Of a stretch of 64,000 bases of DNA, positions 37,641 to 52,259 are shown piece after piece. The DNA lies in NCBI RefSeq assembly GCF_006345805.1, contig NC_042997.1, positions 53,258,001 to 53,322,000 on the forward strand. Direction: 5' to 3'. Source of the DNA: Octopus sinensis (Eukaryota). The notes beneath the pieces are model-generated. The model saw only the letters and a list, made by a program, of their open reading frames with translations. It had not been told where the DNA came from and searched no databases. A program made the position numbers and the translations under genes. Positions within the stretch are counted from its first letter, which is position 1. Every line of letters begins with the position of its first letter.

Positions 37641-40403
37641 TTCTCCTATCTTGTATAATGGCCATTAACTAGTAATACTGAAATCTTTATAAAATCGCGC
37701 ATTAACAGTAGATATTTGAACTGCTGCATTGTAATACAACCAAAGCAAGAAGAGTTGCCTTCTTCTAGTGGTGCAACATGGGTTTTGGCCGCCCCTTTTA
37801 AACGTAACATATTTTCGACTGCGGCAAACATGCTTTTTATGCACAATCCACACATCCTGGCACACTTTACGCTACACCACTGCCTTCTTTACAACGAGCA
37901 AAGTCGATCGAACAAAAGAAAGTAATGAAATTTGGAAGTCAATTCAAATATCTAAGGCAGATTTTGGTGGTGATGGTCTTTTTTTTTTTAACTACAAAGG
38001 AATAACTAAATTTAAGCTTATTCATTTCATGTTTGTAATTGTCTTTACGTACATTGCTCTTGCGGTGTTTGCCATTGTTTTATATATTCTTGGTTCTTTT
38101 AAGTATATTCATTCGAAGTTATTATATCTTATTTCTTCTTTATTATATTTTAACTTTTGATTAAAATTAAATCTATTCAGTTGGTATTCTTTATTTTACC
38201 TTCTACCAGAAATTTGTTTCATGGTTCGACTATTCCAATGCAGAACATTAAAATATACACGAAATTAAAATAAATACTTTATTTTCGAGAGACTTCTATG
38301 AAACGACATTTACAAAAACAACGGGGAGTAATCAGAAAAATCCTAGAAGGATTTACCTTCAAAAGACTGTAAATGAAAGTAGCTTATGTCTAAGTTTTCC
38401 TGCTATAACCACTATTCTTTTTTCTCAGACGATGTAAGTCCTACTTTTGTTGTTATAGCTCTTACGGATTAGTAACACGTCGGGAGGATTTTCATATAGC
38501 CTTTATTTCTTTAGCTTACCCGAGAAATACCTTTGAAATATTGCGGTAATATTTGACTATTTATTTACCCAAGAGTGAGATCTCTCCCTCATACAATAGG
38601 TGACAGTTTAACTTAATCGTCAACTGTTTAACTTATACATACATAGAGAGTTATTTAAAATCCCACAGCAACAAAAAGTTTTGAGGGAAATGTTTAAATA
38701 AGATGCTCTCTATGGAAGACAATTGATACTAAAAGGTAAACTAGGAAGAAAAAAAGTTCTCAAGATTAAAGAAGTGTTATATAGTTATAAACGTGAAGTG
38801 TAGCAGACAGTATAAGTTTTGTCTAGAAATAAATTATCATTAAATCATACCAAGTTATTTTCTGACCTGAAGTTTTACAGAAAACCGTCTCGAGCGCTAT
38901 CGTTGATCTTGGATGATAATGTATTTAGACTGCACAGCTACTGCCTCTGTTTACCATCAAATTATTTTGTTTCAATCTTACCAGTCTGGGAGGCCTTAAA
39001 AGATTATGCGAACTGAACTTCCTTCCCAAAGTAACGTATAAAAAATGGAAATGATGAGAGAATATTTTCTTATATTTAGAAACTATTCAGAAACCACGAA
39101 AACAAGCAAACAAGCAAAACATTAAGTGTAATAAATTTTCAGGCAGCATGTGCCATGCGATCTATGTTCAGGACCATAATAATGTTCTGTTTCATGTGAT
39201 TATAACTAATTGGTTTAGAATAGATTTTGAAGCAGTTCTTGAGAGACTGGAACAGATCAGTCAAGTAAGAAAGATACCTGAAATTAATAAATCTGAAAAC
39301 CAGGTCAAGCGTTTTGAAGGATACATTATTTATTGGTAAGCAAAATTGGTTGATTAATATGGGAGATCAGAGACGTTAGTGGATGTAACCATTCCGAAAT
39401 ATGTCACTGTGTTATTTGTATTATACAGAAAGAAGGCAACAATGCATATCAATATTTGAAACAATATATTTCTTAGCTATCAAGAACAGAGTAAGAGCAA
39501 TAGATCAGTTGTTTGTATGTGTGTGTACATAAGCCAAACATACACGCGCGTACATACACACACACATATACAATATAGGAGGCAAAGGTATATCAGTGGC
39601 CACAAGACAATTAGTTTCGATAATAAGCTTGCCTTATTTAGGAAGACAGAAACACTATTGTTCCTAAGTTCATGGGGTTTTGTTTGAGATTATTATTCAT
39701 CTATTGACATTGTGTTTCTCTCAATATTTAATGTAGATATGACTATTTTCGTTCTCAAACCAAACCAGGAAAACATTTTTGTTTCTACTAAAATGACTCT
39801 AACCGACGTAGACCACCTCAGATTCTAGGGATTACCTCAATAATATTCTTTGTTAACCCGTTAATATTAGCGCTACTTTTTCCTTTCTAGTTGAAGCTTG
39901 TCAAAATATTTGTTTTCGATTTAGAGTTTTTATCACTATTTTCTAATTTTATGTTCAGAACACACCTAACAGGTTGAATCTCGCATAGAAAAATAGTCTC
40001 AATTTGAGCTTGATCTTTTATTGACCTTAGAAATAAAGCAAACATTACGGAAGCGAAAGCTTATAATATTTGCGCTGTTGAGTAATTTTACTTGTAATTG
40101 AACCAAAATCAACATGTCTTACATGTTTAATCTTTAAGAAAGGGTTTGAATATTTTGAATAACTTTTTGAAATAAAAATCTATATTTTTTCTTTTGTAAA
40201 AGAAGTTGCATTATATAATTACCTATTTCTTCGTTATCAGAACCCGGATCAAAATATGAAATGACAAGACAGGAAATAAATTGTCATATTGAGTTTATAT
40301 ATTTAGTTGAAAATAAACAATTTAGACAAATAAAGAGTTCTCAGAACGTTTAACATGCTTATTCCTACCACCGACTTCGTTTCTGCGTAACTTTTTGAAA
40401 AAT

Positions 40404-40542
40404 CAGAAGCATAGCGGATGGAGGGTGGTGGTGGTCCGCCCTGGGCGACACTTTTGGATCTGCTGTATAAGCCAGGAGGCCTAGATGGTGGAGTGACACT
40501 TCACGGGCTGCTCGAGCGGCACACGCTCTCGTTACGCCACTG
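40404..40542. mobile_element. Short hAT-type MITE
   Basis: Right TIR GTTACGCCACTG, degenerate left CAGAAGCATAGC, 8-bp duplication TGAAAAAT (the right copy overlaps the last 2 TIR bases). Confidence 0.55.
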
Positions 40543-42869
40543 AAAAATGTTACTCTTTTAATGGAATTTTACAGATATACGTTTTTGTGGGTGTATATGC
40601 CAGTTATTCTTTTATTCTTTTACTTGTTTCAGTCATTTGACTGCGGCCATGCTGGAGCATCGCTTTGATAAAATTTTGAAAAATTTCCATTTCGGGAGTT
40701 TCAGATCATTTGCCACCCCGTCCCGACCTTCTTTCTCATAACTCTTTAAAATGTATATTTTTAAATGGTTTTTGGCAGAAATATGTTTTCAACATTACGT
40801 AATGTTGATATTCCAGATATATAAATCAGAAAAAAAATGCAAAAGCAGAAAAATGCTAATGTTACGGTAAATGGCAGTCGGGTCGAGGAGAAGAAACCAA
40901 AACATTCCGCCCGCTCCAATTTTCACTTTTCTAAATTTTATCAATATAATTGTAATATATAAACTTTCAAAATGCATTTCTGCAAAATAAAAAAAAAATC
41001 CATTTATCAGAAAATTATCAAGGGAACAAACTCTGTATGGTATTGAGACATAGCATGTCATAAGAATAGTATGAATCTGGTAAAAACCATGTGATCGGTA
41101 TCTTCAGAATAGGGCAAGTGCTCAACATAATAATTATGGTATCGGTGCTATGATGCTAAGAGTAGTGAATGTAGTAATGCTGCTATTTTCTTGATCGAAT
41201 TTCACTACATTTCAAAATATTTTCCTGCACTTTTCTGCCAGTTTCCTCCATAAAAGCTAAAATTAGGTGGTTAATATACTCTTGACTATTTTATGAACAG
41301 CGCTAAAATTTCTCCAGTCATTCTTTTAATACACTATTCAGTTTTCATTCATTAAATCCTTGCTGTAATTTTTTCTGACCTGCCGGTCTAATGGCACAAC
41401 TTGGTCAATATTGTTGACTGTGTTTTAGTTAAAGCTATGCCTTTAATTAAGTCTGTCCAGAGTTGTCTCTCTTCGCTATTTCCCATTGATAACAGCTAAT
41501 GAGCTAGAAACGCGCCTGGGAATCCGATAGGAGGCAACACCGGACAGGCATGGTGTTTTTACACCTTTTTATCATAAGAGAAAAAATTTTCTCCATGGTA
41601 ACTGCAGTGAATTTGTCTTTAGCAATTGAAATATGTCACAAACAGATTTCAACTAACCTAAGTTCGCTTATACTTAAACACTGCTTGGTACTGACACTGT
41701 TGTAATATATATACTCGTGGGACCCATGGAAATTCCACAGAACGAAAAAGATTAAGAGAAGCTATTTAAGAAAGAAAAATTGATTTGCATTTTATTTTTA
41801 TTTTTATTTATTTCAGTCACAATAATATATTATATTTTAAAATTTACCCCCCTTTCTCTCCACCTCTTCAACAAACTTTTTAACTATGTAATTCCCATCT
41901 TCATGTCTTTAACATTTCTCTCTTTCTTTTCACATTTCACTTCCACTAACTCTCTCTATCTCTTTCTTAATGTAACTGCCTCTCCTGCCCATCTTTCTAT
42001 ATTTGCCTTTCTTTAACGTCACCACCAGAACATTACCCTCTGCTAAATATTGTATCGTAAACATATCTCTTTCTCTTTATCTTTCCCTCCTCACCCTACA
42101 GCACGTCGTTAACGCTTCTCTCTCCCTCTTTTCTCTCACTGTCTTTTTCTTTCGCTCTTCGCCGCTCTCTTCAGCTAACTCCGTGACGCATTTGACTTTA
42201 TCATTGCCCATTCTCCACTTCTTCCTCACTTCTTCCTTCTCTACTCACACTCCTTACCTCTCTCTCTCTCTCTCACACACACACTTTTACTCCACCTCTC
42301 ACTCACTCCACTCACACCCCTCTAACTAACTAAAGTATAACGGGCAAACGAACAAGCAGATTATTATATTGATAAAATCTGGCAGTAATACATGCACACA
42401 CACACACACACACACACATCTAATGTAATATAATATGATATGATATATTTAATCCAGACCTAGCTCGCTCGAATTATTACTTGTTCGAAGCATTGTACCA
42501 ACAATATTAGATAGGACCTCGAGGCATCACTACGATGCTTTCAAACTCAGACTGGCTGTGGCTAGTATTTATATTTAACAGAAATATAGAAGATCCTCTT
42601 TACATATACACATGTATAAATTGTTCGTGTAGGTAAATTATGGATGCAAGCTCGTGTCTATGACTGCATAGTATCGTTTATTTCTGTGTGTTGTGACTGG
42701 CAAATACTTGGTGTACATCATTTCACTACCAGACAATACAAAACAAAGTGATAAATTTCAAACCGTGAACTTTCAGCATAACAATGCGCACGCGCGTGTA
42801 TGTATGTATGTATGTATGTATGTATGTATGTATGTATGTATGTATGTATGTATGTATGTATTGAAAAAT

Positions 42870-43660
42870 AGGTTTCCATGTATATCCAAGCTTACAAACT
42901 TACATCTTTGATCAATAAGAACAGATAAGGCAACGCATCGAAAGAGTGCATAGGAATATTGCTAACCGAGTTCTCAAAGAAATATTTCGGAAATGATATT
43001 CAGCTTTGACACCTACCGGAAATAGTCATCTACAGTCTTATTTATTAGTGCAGGTAGAAACGGAAGCGGAAAACATTCCTGCAAATGTGCAAATAATATT
43101 TATATGCTAGTGAGAAGCCTGATAGTGTACATTCCAGGGCATATAACTTACAAACTTGCAATAAAACTGCCACCCTAATTCCAGATGCTACTGAACAAGG
43201 AGTGCATAATTCACACAGAATGATTATAACATAGTTTAGAGCAGAAAATAAGCAAGAAAATTTGCAAACTTTCAGTGACTGTTATAGATCTTATGATCCA
43301 GTGACATACCCTTGTTTTGTATGCGCTTCTAGCAAAGCCCAGTTTCATTAACACTGTACACTTGTTCTCCTTCGGCAATAACTTTCTTCATCTCCCCAGG
43401 ATAATTAATAGTTGTCTACATATCAGCGATAGCAATTTTATTATTGTGAACATTCGAGCAATTCTTAAACCGTTCAACTAAGCCTCAAGTCTCACCTTAC
43501 ATTTTCTACAGATCGTCACATAAACTTTCAGTTTTCTCTTGAATGACCATCATTCAGCTTGATCGTTGATCCATACAACCAGGGGCCGTTGCATATTAAG
43601 CATCATAGGAAATCTCCTCCTGTTCAACGTCAGATGATATTGAAGGGTGGGATATGTATG
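42870..43660 (-). mobile_element. Tigger/pogo transposase relic
   Basis: YPGEMKKVIAEGEQVYSVNETGLC*KRI resembles the pogo motif EQVFNVDETGLFWKRM. Confidence 0.65.
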
Positions 43661-45609
43661 ATTAAAGAAGTACTGTGATTGAAGTTAGTAGCAAGAGACC
43701 CATGCCAATTGAATTGATGCACAAACTGAAGAAGAGGGAAGTGAGCCGTAAGTATCAGCAAGTTAGTTGAAAGCAATGAAAAACAATATCAGTTGAATTG
43801 GTTATCCTACAAATAAAGAAAAGGACAGAGATAGGAACGGATAGGTTTTGGCAAAAATGCTGATAGCGATGGAAAACAAGGTTAGTTGAATGCACAAACA
43901 AGTTTGAGAGGCGGAGAAGGGAGCAATCAGGTGTTGGTAAGAATGTTTAAAGCAATGAACAAAATATAGGCAGGGAGTTAGTGAAAAGAGTATGTAGCTG
44001 TTAACAAAAATGTTGAGAGCAGTGAAAATAAAAATGTTTGTAGGAGAAAAACAAATAAATTTAAAGAACTGAATTGGTAGGGCGGCGAAGCATGAAAAAT
44101 CTACAAAGAATGCAGACGGAAAATTACATTATTTCTGATAAATAAATAAATAAATATTTTTAAAAACTACATACGTAAGTATCATGATATTAATTTGTAA
44201 GATTGCTAAATTTTACTCGAGTTTTCGTAATGAAAGAGTAACAAGCCGTATTTCAAAACTAGTAGTCATTATTTACAATTTCTCTAATTGTGGAATTCGG
44301 AAAGCAGAGTTTTCGTGACGAGGGAAAGGCTTGAACTTATTTTCTCAGTTCTACAATTATGTAAAGTGGAAAATTCATCCTGATAACATTTGAACTCAGA
44401 AAAGAAGTGGGTGTAAACAATTGTGACGACTCTGTTATTTTGCCGGTACTTATCTAACTGGTGCAGGTGTAGTTGTGTTTATAAAAATAGGATCACATAC
44501 GGTCGTATCGTATAAGAGACACAGTCGCACGCGATCCCATTCTTAATGAGTCTTTACTGACCAGTTTTACATGCAGCGGCAAAACACATAAGTGGAATGA
44601 CAACGAGATTTCATTTTGAGATATATACATTATTTATTTTACATAATTTACAATCATGCTTGATGTTGGAAGTTTGTAAGTGTTAGCATGTTTTTGTGTC
44701 TGTGTGTTCGTGAGGTGTAAAAGGTACTGACCAGTGAAATGACGATGGAATTTGGTTCACAGTTCATGTTGTTGGTATCAGCCTGGCAACAGCTAGTAAC
44801 AGATGGCTTAAGGTAGTTCTTAGAAGAACTAGAACTCAAGAACAGATAATTGATTTACCGTTTATGAGGTACAGTGTAAGAGTTCCATATCAAGATGTTG
44901 CGTCTCGTAGTTGAGATTAATTGAATCACTCGTTGTGTTTATCTTTCTCTTGATATGAATATACTTCCAGATATATTAACTGTAGCCGTTTTCCCCGTGG
45001 TGATATTTTCACCTAACCGCTATAGTTGAATCTGTAGTTGTCTTGTGTACAAATTAAACCTTCGATGTTCGGCGATGAGTTGTGTCTGTCGCTTGGTTTT
45101 TGCTGCGTCTTCATTATATATTCTGCTTGGTTATTTTTCTCTAGTTATAGATATCCTGTAACCGTTCTTTTCGTGGTGATATTTTTACACTAACAGTATG
45201 AGAGGTATCTGTAACATCTTGTATTAATGGTAGTCATCTGCCTTTCGAAACTGGAACATGGTCGAGTATGCTCTGTGTGGTCAGAGGTTAGCCCTGAGAA
45301 GGACTTGAAACCTAAGACGAATACTTGTCTGAGAACCCTTGTTTTATAAGGTTTATGTGGCTCCAAATGAACTTCAGAAATGGAAAGCTGTGATTGGCTG
45401 CTTGGAACTATGGCGCGAAAATAAGCGGAGGCAAATCGCGTCACGTGATAACCAGCGGTGCGAACGTAGTAGAGACCACGTGTCAGCCAATCGAATTAGT
45501 GTTTACAACAATGTTGAACTAGCCGAAGATGTTTGTAATCTCGAACGAGATTATTCTTAATACTCTCTCAAACAGTGAAGATAGCAATGAGAGAACGATA
45601 TTGCTACAT

Positions 45610-45960
45610 GTTGTAAGAAGCTTGCTTTCTAACCACATGGTTCCGGGTTCAGTTCCGCTGCGTGGTACCTTGGGCAAGTTCCTACTTCTATAGCCTCGGG
45701 TTGACCAAAGCTTTGTGAGTGGACTTCGTCGGTGGAAACTGAAAGCAGCCCGTCGTATATACACCTGTGTGTGTATGTATCTTTATGTCTGTTGGTCCCC
45801 AACCACAGCTTGACAACCATTGTTGGTGTGTTTACGTCCCCAGTAAAAAAAGACTGATTGAATAAGTACCAGGCTTTACAAAAAATAGTATCGGGCTCGA
45901 TTCATTCGACTAAAAATTCTTCATGGTTGCAATCTAATGACCGAAGCAAGTTAAAGATAA
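45610..45960 (+). mobile_element. SINE family A variant
   Basis: GGTTCCGGGTTCAGTTCC B box and shared body. Confidence 0.8.
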
Positions 45961-46132
45961 TCTGAAGGAATTGAAAAGAAATGTCTGGTTAGACAAGAAT
46001 TGAACTTAGAAATTGATATGTTTTAATCACCTCCACAACTTTCAAATGTGTCCGAATATCGATAACGTTCTATTTAAACAACGAGTTCCAAAACATTTCA
46101 TGCCATTGGAGCTAAGAAATAACATATGCAAA

Positions 46133-46598
<466 letters not shown>

Positions 46599-46939
46599 TT
46601 ACGAGTTTTCATAATATAATTTTGTGTTTTTTTATATATACCTCTGGGTGGTTGCTATACCATCTGCAGACTTTGTTTTTATAGAAAATCCAATTTGGTA
46701 AAGTTCCTCCCTCATCAAGTGAAACTTATAATGAAACCAGCGCTGCAAGCTAATGAAACATCTGTCAAATGGATTAGTTGACTATAGACATAGTGTAGTG
46801 CTATATTTGACCTAGAGAATCTCTAGTCAGTATTCTGACAAACTCATTGACTCAACATTGGCGCATTAACGCAAATTCTCCTTCTTTAACCTTTGATCCT
46901 CTGCCTCAGATTTACGACACAAGTTCGGAAAACATTTAA

Positions 46940-47337
46940 GGTAGTATAATGTGTCTTGATTGCCCAATTTCATTCCAAAAAATGAGTGAAATATGCTCTT
47001 CTAACAAAATCTGTAATAAGTTGCCACTGTTTTGCTGCTGCAAAGGATCCAAAAATATAATAATGTCTGAAATGAACTTGTACTTCCAACACCCTTTAAT
47101 AGTAGCTATATTATTAGATTGCCTGTTTAACTTAATGATGGCAGACAACCGTGCAGTACAGTATAAAACTCCTTTTGCTCTGGGCTTGAGTGCCAGAAGG
47201 TACAAACTAATGTTGAAACACATAAGGAAGCACATACCTTGATAAGTATCACATACAAACAAGCAGGGGAGATTGTCTAGGAAATATACATATCTACATG
47301 TCGAACTATTCCCTTACACCCTTTACGTTTCAAAGTG
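46940..47337 (-). mobile_element. Chapaev3-like DNA transposon left end with N-terminal transposase relic
   Basis: Terminus CACTTTGAAAC at 47337; YYIFGSF..ITDFVRRAYFTHF-(frameshift)-GMKLGNQD resembles Chapa-domain FCYICG..ITDFVKKAY..FG.KLGDQD (family assignment from memory). Confidence 0.55.
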
Positions 47338-47393
47338 TACAAGCCGTTCTTCGTGAGAATCAATGTATCTACTTTACAGCCTTTCCCAACTAA

Positions 47394-47712
47394 TCTATTA
47401 TACAAAATATATTCTGTCTGTCTGTGTGTGTGTCTTCTAGGATCTCGGGTATCCTCCATCCGATTGCGCTCAAATTTGATATGTAGATACCGACGGTATC
47501 AGGGCGTTTATAAGTCTTGAAAACATTACAAAAATCGATTGCAGGTGAGAATGCGATCGATAAAACCGTGGGAACGTGCATTTGTACACGCAAGTACATC
47601 AGCTGTTGCGATCAATACTACGCGTACACGAGAAAAATGCACGGTGTCTCAAATTTAGGTTAAATCGGTGTTTCTCAAAGGGGAGGCCTACGGGACGGTC
47701 GGACAAGTTGTT
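47394..47712 (+). mobile_element. Degenerate Helitron-type short element
   Basis: A|TCTATTATAC..TCTGTCTGTCTGTGTG 5' end; eroded GC-rich 3' end without a clean CTAG. Confidence 0.5.
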
Positions 47713-48650
47713 TTGAGAAAATTTGGCTTAAATGTTTGACAACTCAGCACTGTCCATTGGGCCGGGGGAGGGGGGCGTTTTGCTCGTATTAACTATAAAT
47801 TGTTACTTTTTCTATGTTAAAAACCTCTTCCAGTTACTCTGTGTTTTAGGGAGTTAATCTGGAAAACGTTTTCTTGAACTATATTGCACCACATACTTCA
47901 TTTGGGGCGTAGGTTTTCAGCCAAATTACTTTACAGTTTTGTTTTCTGATTGTTTCACTGTAATATATCAAAAAGACAGTTATTGCGCATAGACTTTGTT
48001 AGAAACTAATTTGACTGTCTTCATAAAATGTCTTGCAGATACTTCTTCAGTTTTAAATGAATAGAATTGTTTGAAACAAACCAACGGCAATTTTCCCAAA
48101 GTATAAAAAAAAAAGTAATTTCACAGTTTTGGTCTGTGGTACTTAGCAATTAATGTGAACGTATTTGATAAAAACTGATGTCATGTTTGGAATCAACGCC
48201 CATATATTAGCATAAAACCGTCTTCACTTTATAAAATGCAAACCTTTTGCAGAATTCGATTCGGCGAATCAACAATTGAGGCAAAGTGACCAGATATGAT
48301 TGTAAAGATAAAAACAAAAACAAAAACCAAAGCACACACTCACAAAAAAACAACAAAAAAAAAACTCCACATAAAGTGGATACACCAAAAATTGAGAATT
48401 ATTAGGGTCTAGAGATATGAAGAGATGGTGGAAGACTGAGATGATAGTTGGTTCTGTGATCAATGATGCACTTGGCGGAACACCCAAACTGTTTCCCAAG
48501 CGACTAATGGATATTGGATCTGAAACATATATTGTCAACTCGCTGGAAAGTACTATCTTGTATTCTACAAGAATCCTAAGACAGGTTCTTGAGATTTGAG
48601 GAAACGTATTGTTACCAAGCCTCAGGGAAACATCCATGCTAAATAAAGTA

Positions 48651-48790
48651 CACTTTGAAATGTAATGTGTGTAAGAGAATAATAGTTCGATATATAAATA
48701 TGTATCTTTCCTAGACAATCTTCCCAGCTTGTTTGTATATGATACTTATCCTGGAATGTGCTTCCTTATGTGCTTTCCGGGTTACTGCTG
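48651..48790 (+). mobile_element. Second copy of the Chapaev3-like left end
   Basis: CACTTTGAAATG.. aligns with the reverse complement of 47215-47337. Confidence 0.7.
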
Positions 48791-48924
48791 TTCTTATTCA
48801 GATTAGTAAGCAATAAATATGAAGAAATATATTTTTTCTCATAATTATTTCAAACTATCTATGTTTCATTTCAAAATATCCAAATTGTAATGATAATAGA
48901 AATTAGAACTGAAAATTTGTCAGT

Positions 48925-50038
48925 ATTGAAGCACCACAGGGTAAACAATATCCATTGTGTAATTTTTTGTTGGTGTCCAAATAAATAAATTGTTGCTGCT
49001 TCCAGCTCGTGAGTAACCAACATAGAGTTGGTCGTGGGAGAAGCATGTAGTTAGGAGATGAAGTCCAACTACCTTGAGGAATTGACCCCGAGATTTGTTA
49101 ATTGAAATACCAAAACTTAAGCCTCTTAAATTCTAATGAAACATATGTAGGTATGAGAGGAAATTTTGGAATAAAGACATTTTCTTCTTTGTTATGATTG
49201 TTACCTGTAGGATATGGGGCTTCATGGAAGTAACAATTAAGCGAGTTCCATTACACAGTCGAGGTGGGTCAAGATTCCTAAGTAACATAATAGGGTCATC
49301 CAGCTTTAGTGTCAAGTTATGCGGTGGCATCCCAGTGGTTTTAAGCGTGCTCAGAAATTCAACAGGGTATTAAACAGCTTGATCTTGATCGACTGCTTTG
49401 TGAATTGATGGAAAAGTTATTTCTTATATGTCTGTTAACTTTTGAAGTTCATGATTAAGTTTATCAATCATTTCATTCGTTGGAGCCAGTATAGCTCTTT
49501 CACATAGCCAGTTTACATCAGAGTAATTGATAATCACGCACTCACACACACATACACTAACACACACAGACATACATTTACGTAACGAACGTGCAAATAA
49601 ACACACTCACAGACACATACACTCATACACAAAATGTGCCGTCATCGTCGTCGTGGTATAAAATGTTCTTTACTATCTCGTACATATCCAACGCACAGAC
49701 ACACACACTAACAGACACTCATATGCAAAATGTGTCGTGGTGGTGGTAGTGGTGGTATAAGATGTCCTTTACTATGTCGTACGTAACGAACGCGCAAACA
49801 CACACTCACAGACACATACACACTCATATACACAATGTGTCGTCATAGTATAAAATGTCCTTTACTATAGAAAGATTATTTTAGTTAAAATGTTATGTTA
49901 TTTTAATTGAAATGAAAATAAAATTACATGTTGACACTCGCGGGGTCAAATTGTGAAATTTGATTTGATTTGGTGGAGCCGTTTGAGAATGCATAGGGAA
50001 TAGACAGACAGACAAAGAATTTTATATATATATAGAGA
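48925..50038 (-). mobile_element. Helitron with PIF1 helicase C-terminal fragment
   Basis: 5' A|TCTCTATATATATATAAAA at 50038; PPHNLTLK..MLLRNL..LCNGTRL and INKSRGQ.LKVVG..CFSHDQLYV..SR; 3' terminus not found. Confidence 0.88.
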
Positions 50039-50977
50039 TGATGATGATGTCGATGATGATAGTAATTTCAATATTAGGAATTCTATGCTTGGGATTTGTC
50101 ACTTTGTTTTCAAAAACTAATTAAAAACTAATTAAACATCATTTAATGCAATGTGTTGATATGAGCTTATGATGGTTTAATTAAATGTATGCTATCATCT
50201 CACCCTCGGCGGTAATAGTCTGTATTAGTCAGAAGATGGTTTAAGAAGTTAGCTGCTTGAGTTAATTATGTGATAAAATGTTGTCTGGTACTGAAGTGAC
50301 AATACACCAAGTATTCTCCAGCCCATAAAGCACACAGAAATAAAAGCAAATATTCATTCATAGATACGAGCATACATCCATAATTTACTTATACAAACAA
50401 TTTATACATGTGTATATGCATACAGAATTTTCTATATTTCTGTTAAATATAAATACTAGCTACAAACCGGTCTTGGTTTAAAAGCATCGTGGCGATGATA
50501 CGTGGTCCTATGTAACATTCTTGGCAAAATGTTTGTTGTTAACGGCAAGCTTTATTTCTACATGTCTAGACATAACACCGGCTAATTAAAAGAAACATTC
50601 TGGAGATTCGTGGGGCATTTTTATAAAAGGAAGACAGAAATAGAAAAAAAGTCCCCAGTAATAAAATGAAAAAAAAGAAAAAAGGCAAATTTTCAGTTAC
50701 GAGCTTCTTACAACCACTAATCTACGTACATGCTGTTCCTCTATGTTTATTCTACATTTTTTCTTTCTATTTAAGGAATAGAAGAATAAAGCACAAAGCT
50801 TCACTGGTAAAACGAAAGAAAAAATGCAAAGTCCATTTCATGTGAAAAAGACGTTTTGAAAGATATTTAACCCGTTCAATTTTATTTGCTAAATGTTATT
50901 TAAATCCAGTTTGTCGGTCTGGAATGAATATTTGTGGATTATTGTATAAATATAATCGTATAATCCGAAAAAAAAAA

Positions 50978-51701
50978 TAAGCATAACATTAACATTTATG
51001 TAAAAAAAATGGAAGGTCTAAATCGTGGATCGACAACCTTCCTATATCATTGACTCCCTTCATGAAATCGTTGTTAATTCATTAACCCACCCTTCATCAT
51101 GTAAATTTCTAAAATAAAATTTAGAAGGGATCTTTTCGGTTTGAACGGCAGTCTTTTAAAATAATTTCCACGTAACTAAACACTTTTAAACTTCGTATAC
51201 TGGTAGAATGTGTTTATAAAACATCTTTTTCTCTTGGCTTTATTGAGAAAATTCTATGGTTTGTAAGATATTTGTTGTTTTTTTTCTTCAATTTCTGCAA
51301 TTTCAACCAATCAATGACGTCTATTCAGGTAAAAAAACATTCTGTGCCGTATGAATATGTCCCTCGTTTAAGAAACAGATTGGGTTTATTTACATTTGTG
51401 AAGACCAAAAGATACCCTTCCCCCCACCCCTAACCCTAACCCTAAAACAGATTGAATTGCAATAGATCGATACTAGGGTCATAATTATGGGTGACAATTT
51501 CATATGACACCGCTAGAAAAAACTGCCGTTCAAAACCGAAAAGATCTAAAATTAAGCATAATATTAACATTTATGTAAAAAAATCGAAGGTCTAAATCGT
51601 GGATCGATAAACCTCCTATATCATTGACTCCCTTCATGAAATCGTTGTTAATTGATTAACCCACCCTACATCATGTAAATTTCTAAAATAAAACTTAGAA
51701 G
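50978..51701. repeat. ~150-bp direct duplication flanking the MITE
   Basis: 50978-51127 and 51553-51701 are nearly identical. Confidence 0.92.
51129..51546. mobile_element. TIR element (MITE) containing (CCCTAA)3
   Basis: TIRs GATCTTTTCGGTTT(T)GAACGGCAGT; superfamily not determined. Confidence 0.8.
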
Positions 51702-52259
51702 TATAATTAATAAAAGAATTCTTGATTTAAAAACAATTCCTTAATTTTTTTTATGTGTCCTTACTGCTTTTTAAAAAATAAGAAATAAAGGAATTTAATT
51801 AAAACACTTAACCAAAATTAATAAGAGCAATAAAAATTATTCGGTCGTATTGATATAGTTGAAATATTTAAAGTGAAATGTGCGTTTAGCGAATACAAGT
51901 TATTGCACCAATATTTGGTTGGAAATTAGAGTTTTAGCCTTAAATTAACGTGCTCTTCCAGATTCAGTTCAGTACCCTTAATACTCAAAATAGTTTCAGG
52001 TGTTTATCGAGCCCTTGAATAAATAGCCACATAAACCTTTATGGAGTAATATTTACCATTTTACTGGTCTAAATAATTGCAAGCTGTATATTAAGAAGAA
52101 ACTGATCAAAACTGATTTAAAAAACAACCCTCATCCCTCGCCGCAAAAAAAAAAAGGATCAAAATATATAGTGTAAATAGTTTTAGTGTTTTGTTTTTGA
52201 ATTTGGTTTGCAAGATTCTTTATATGAGTTCGTGTGTTGAAGCATATTTTGTTATGTCG

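Noticed and set aside
38700-39340. Possible L1-type RT relic
   Set aside because: Motifs are too weak to call by eye.
41700-42372. Possible additional minus-strand Helitron with a CT-rich interior
   Set aside because: A 5'-like end is seen at ~42371 but there is no clear hairpin/CTAG 3' end.
45290-45335. Hammerhead-like CTGAGAAG..GAATAC
   Set aside because: The core is wrong at G8 and GAAA, and there is no helix I.
44450-45560. Possible LTR/PBS (TGGTCAG) and degenerate ~190-bp duplication
   Set aside because: No paired TG..CA LTR or linked gag/pol could be established.
51428-51445. Telomeric (CCCTAA)3
   Set aside because: Only three units, internal to a MITE; not an interstitial telomere.
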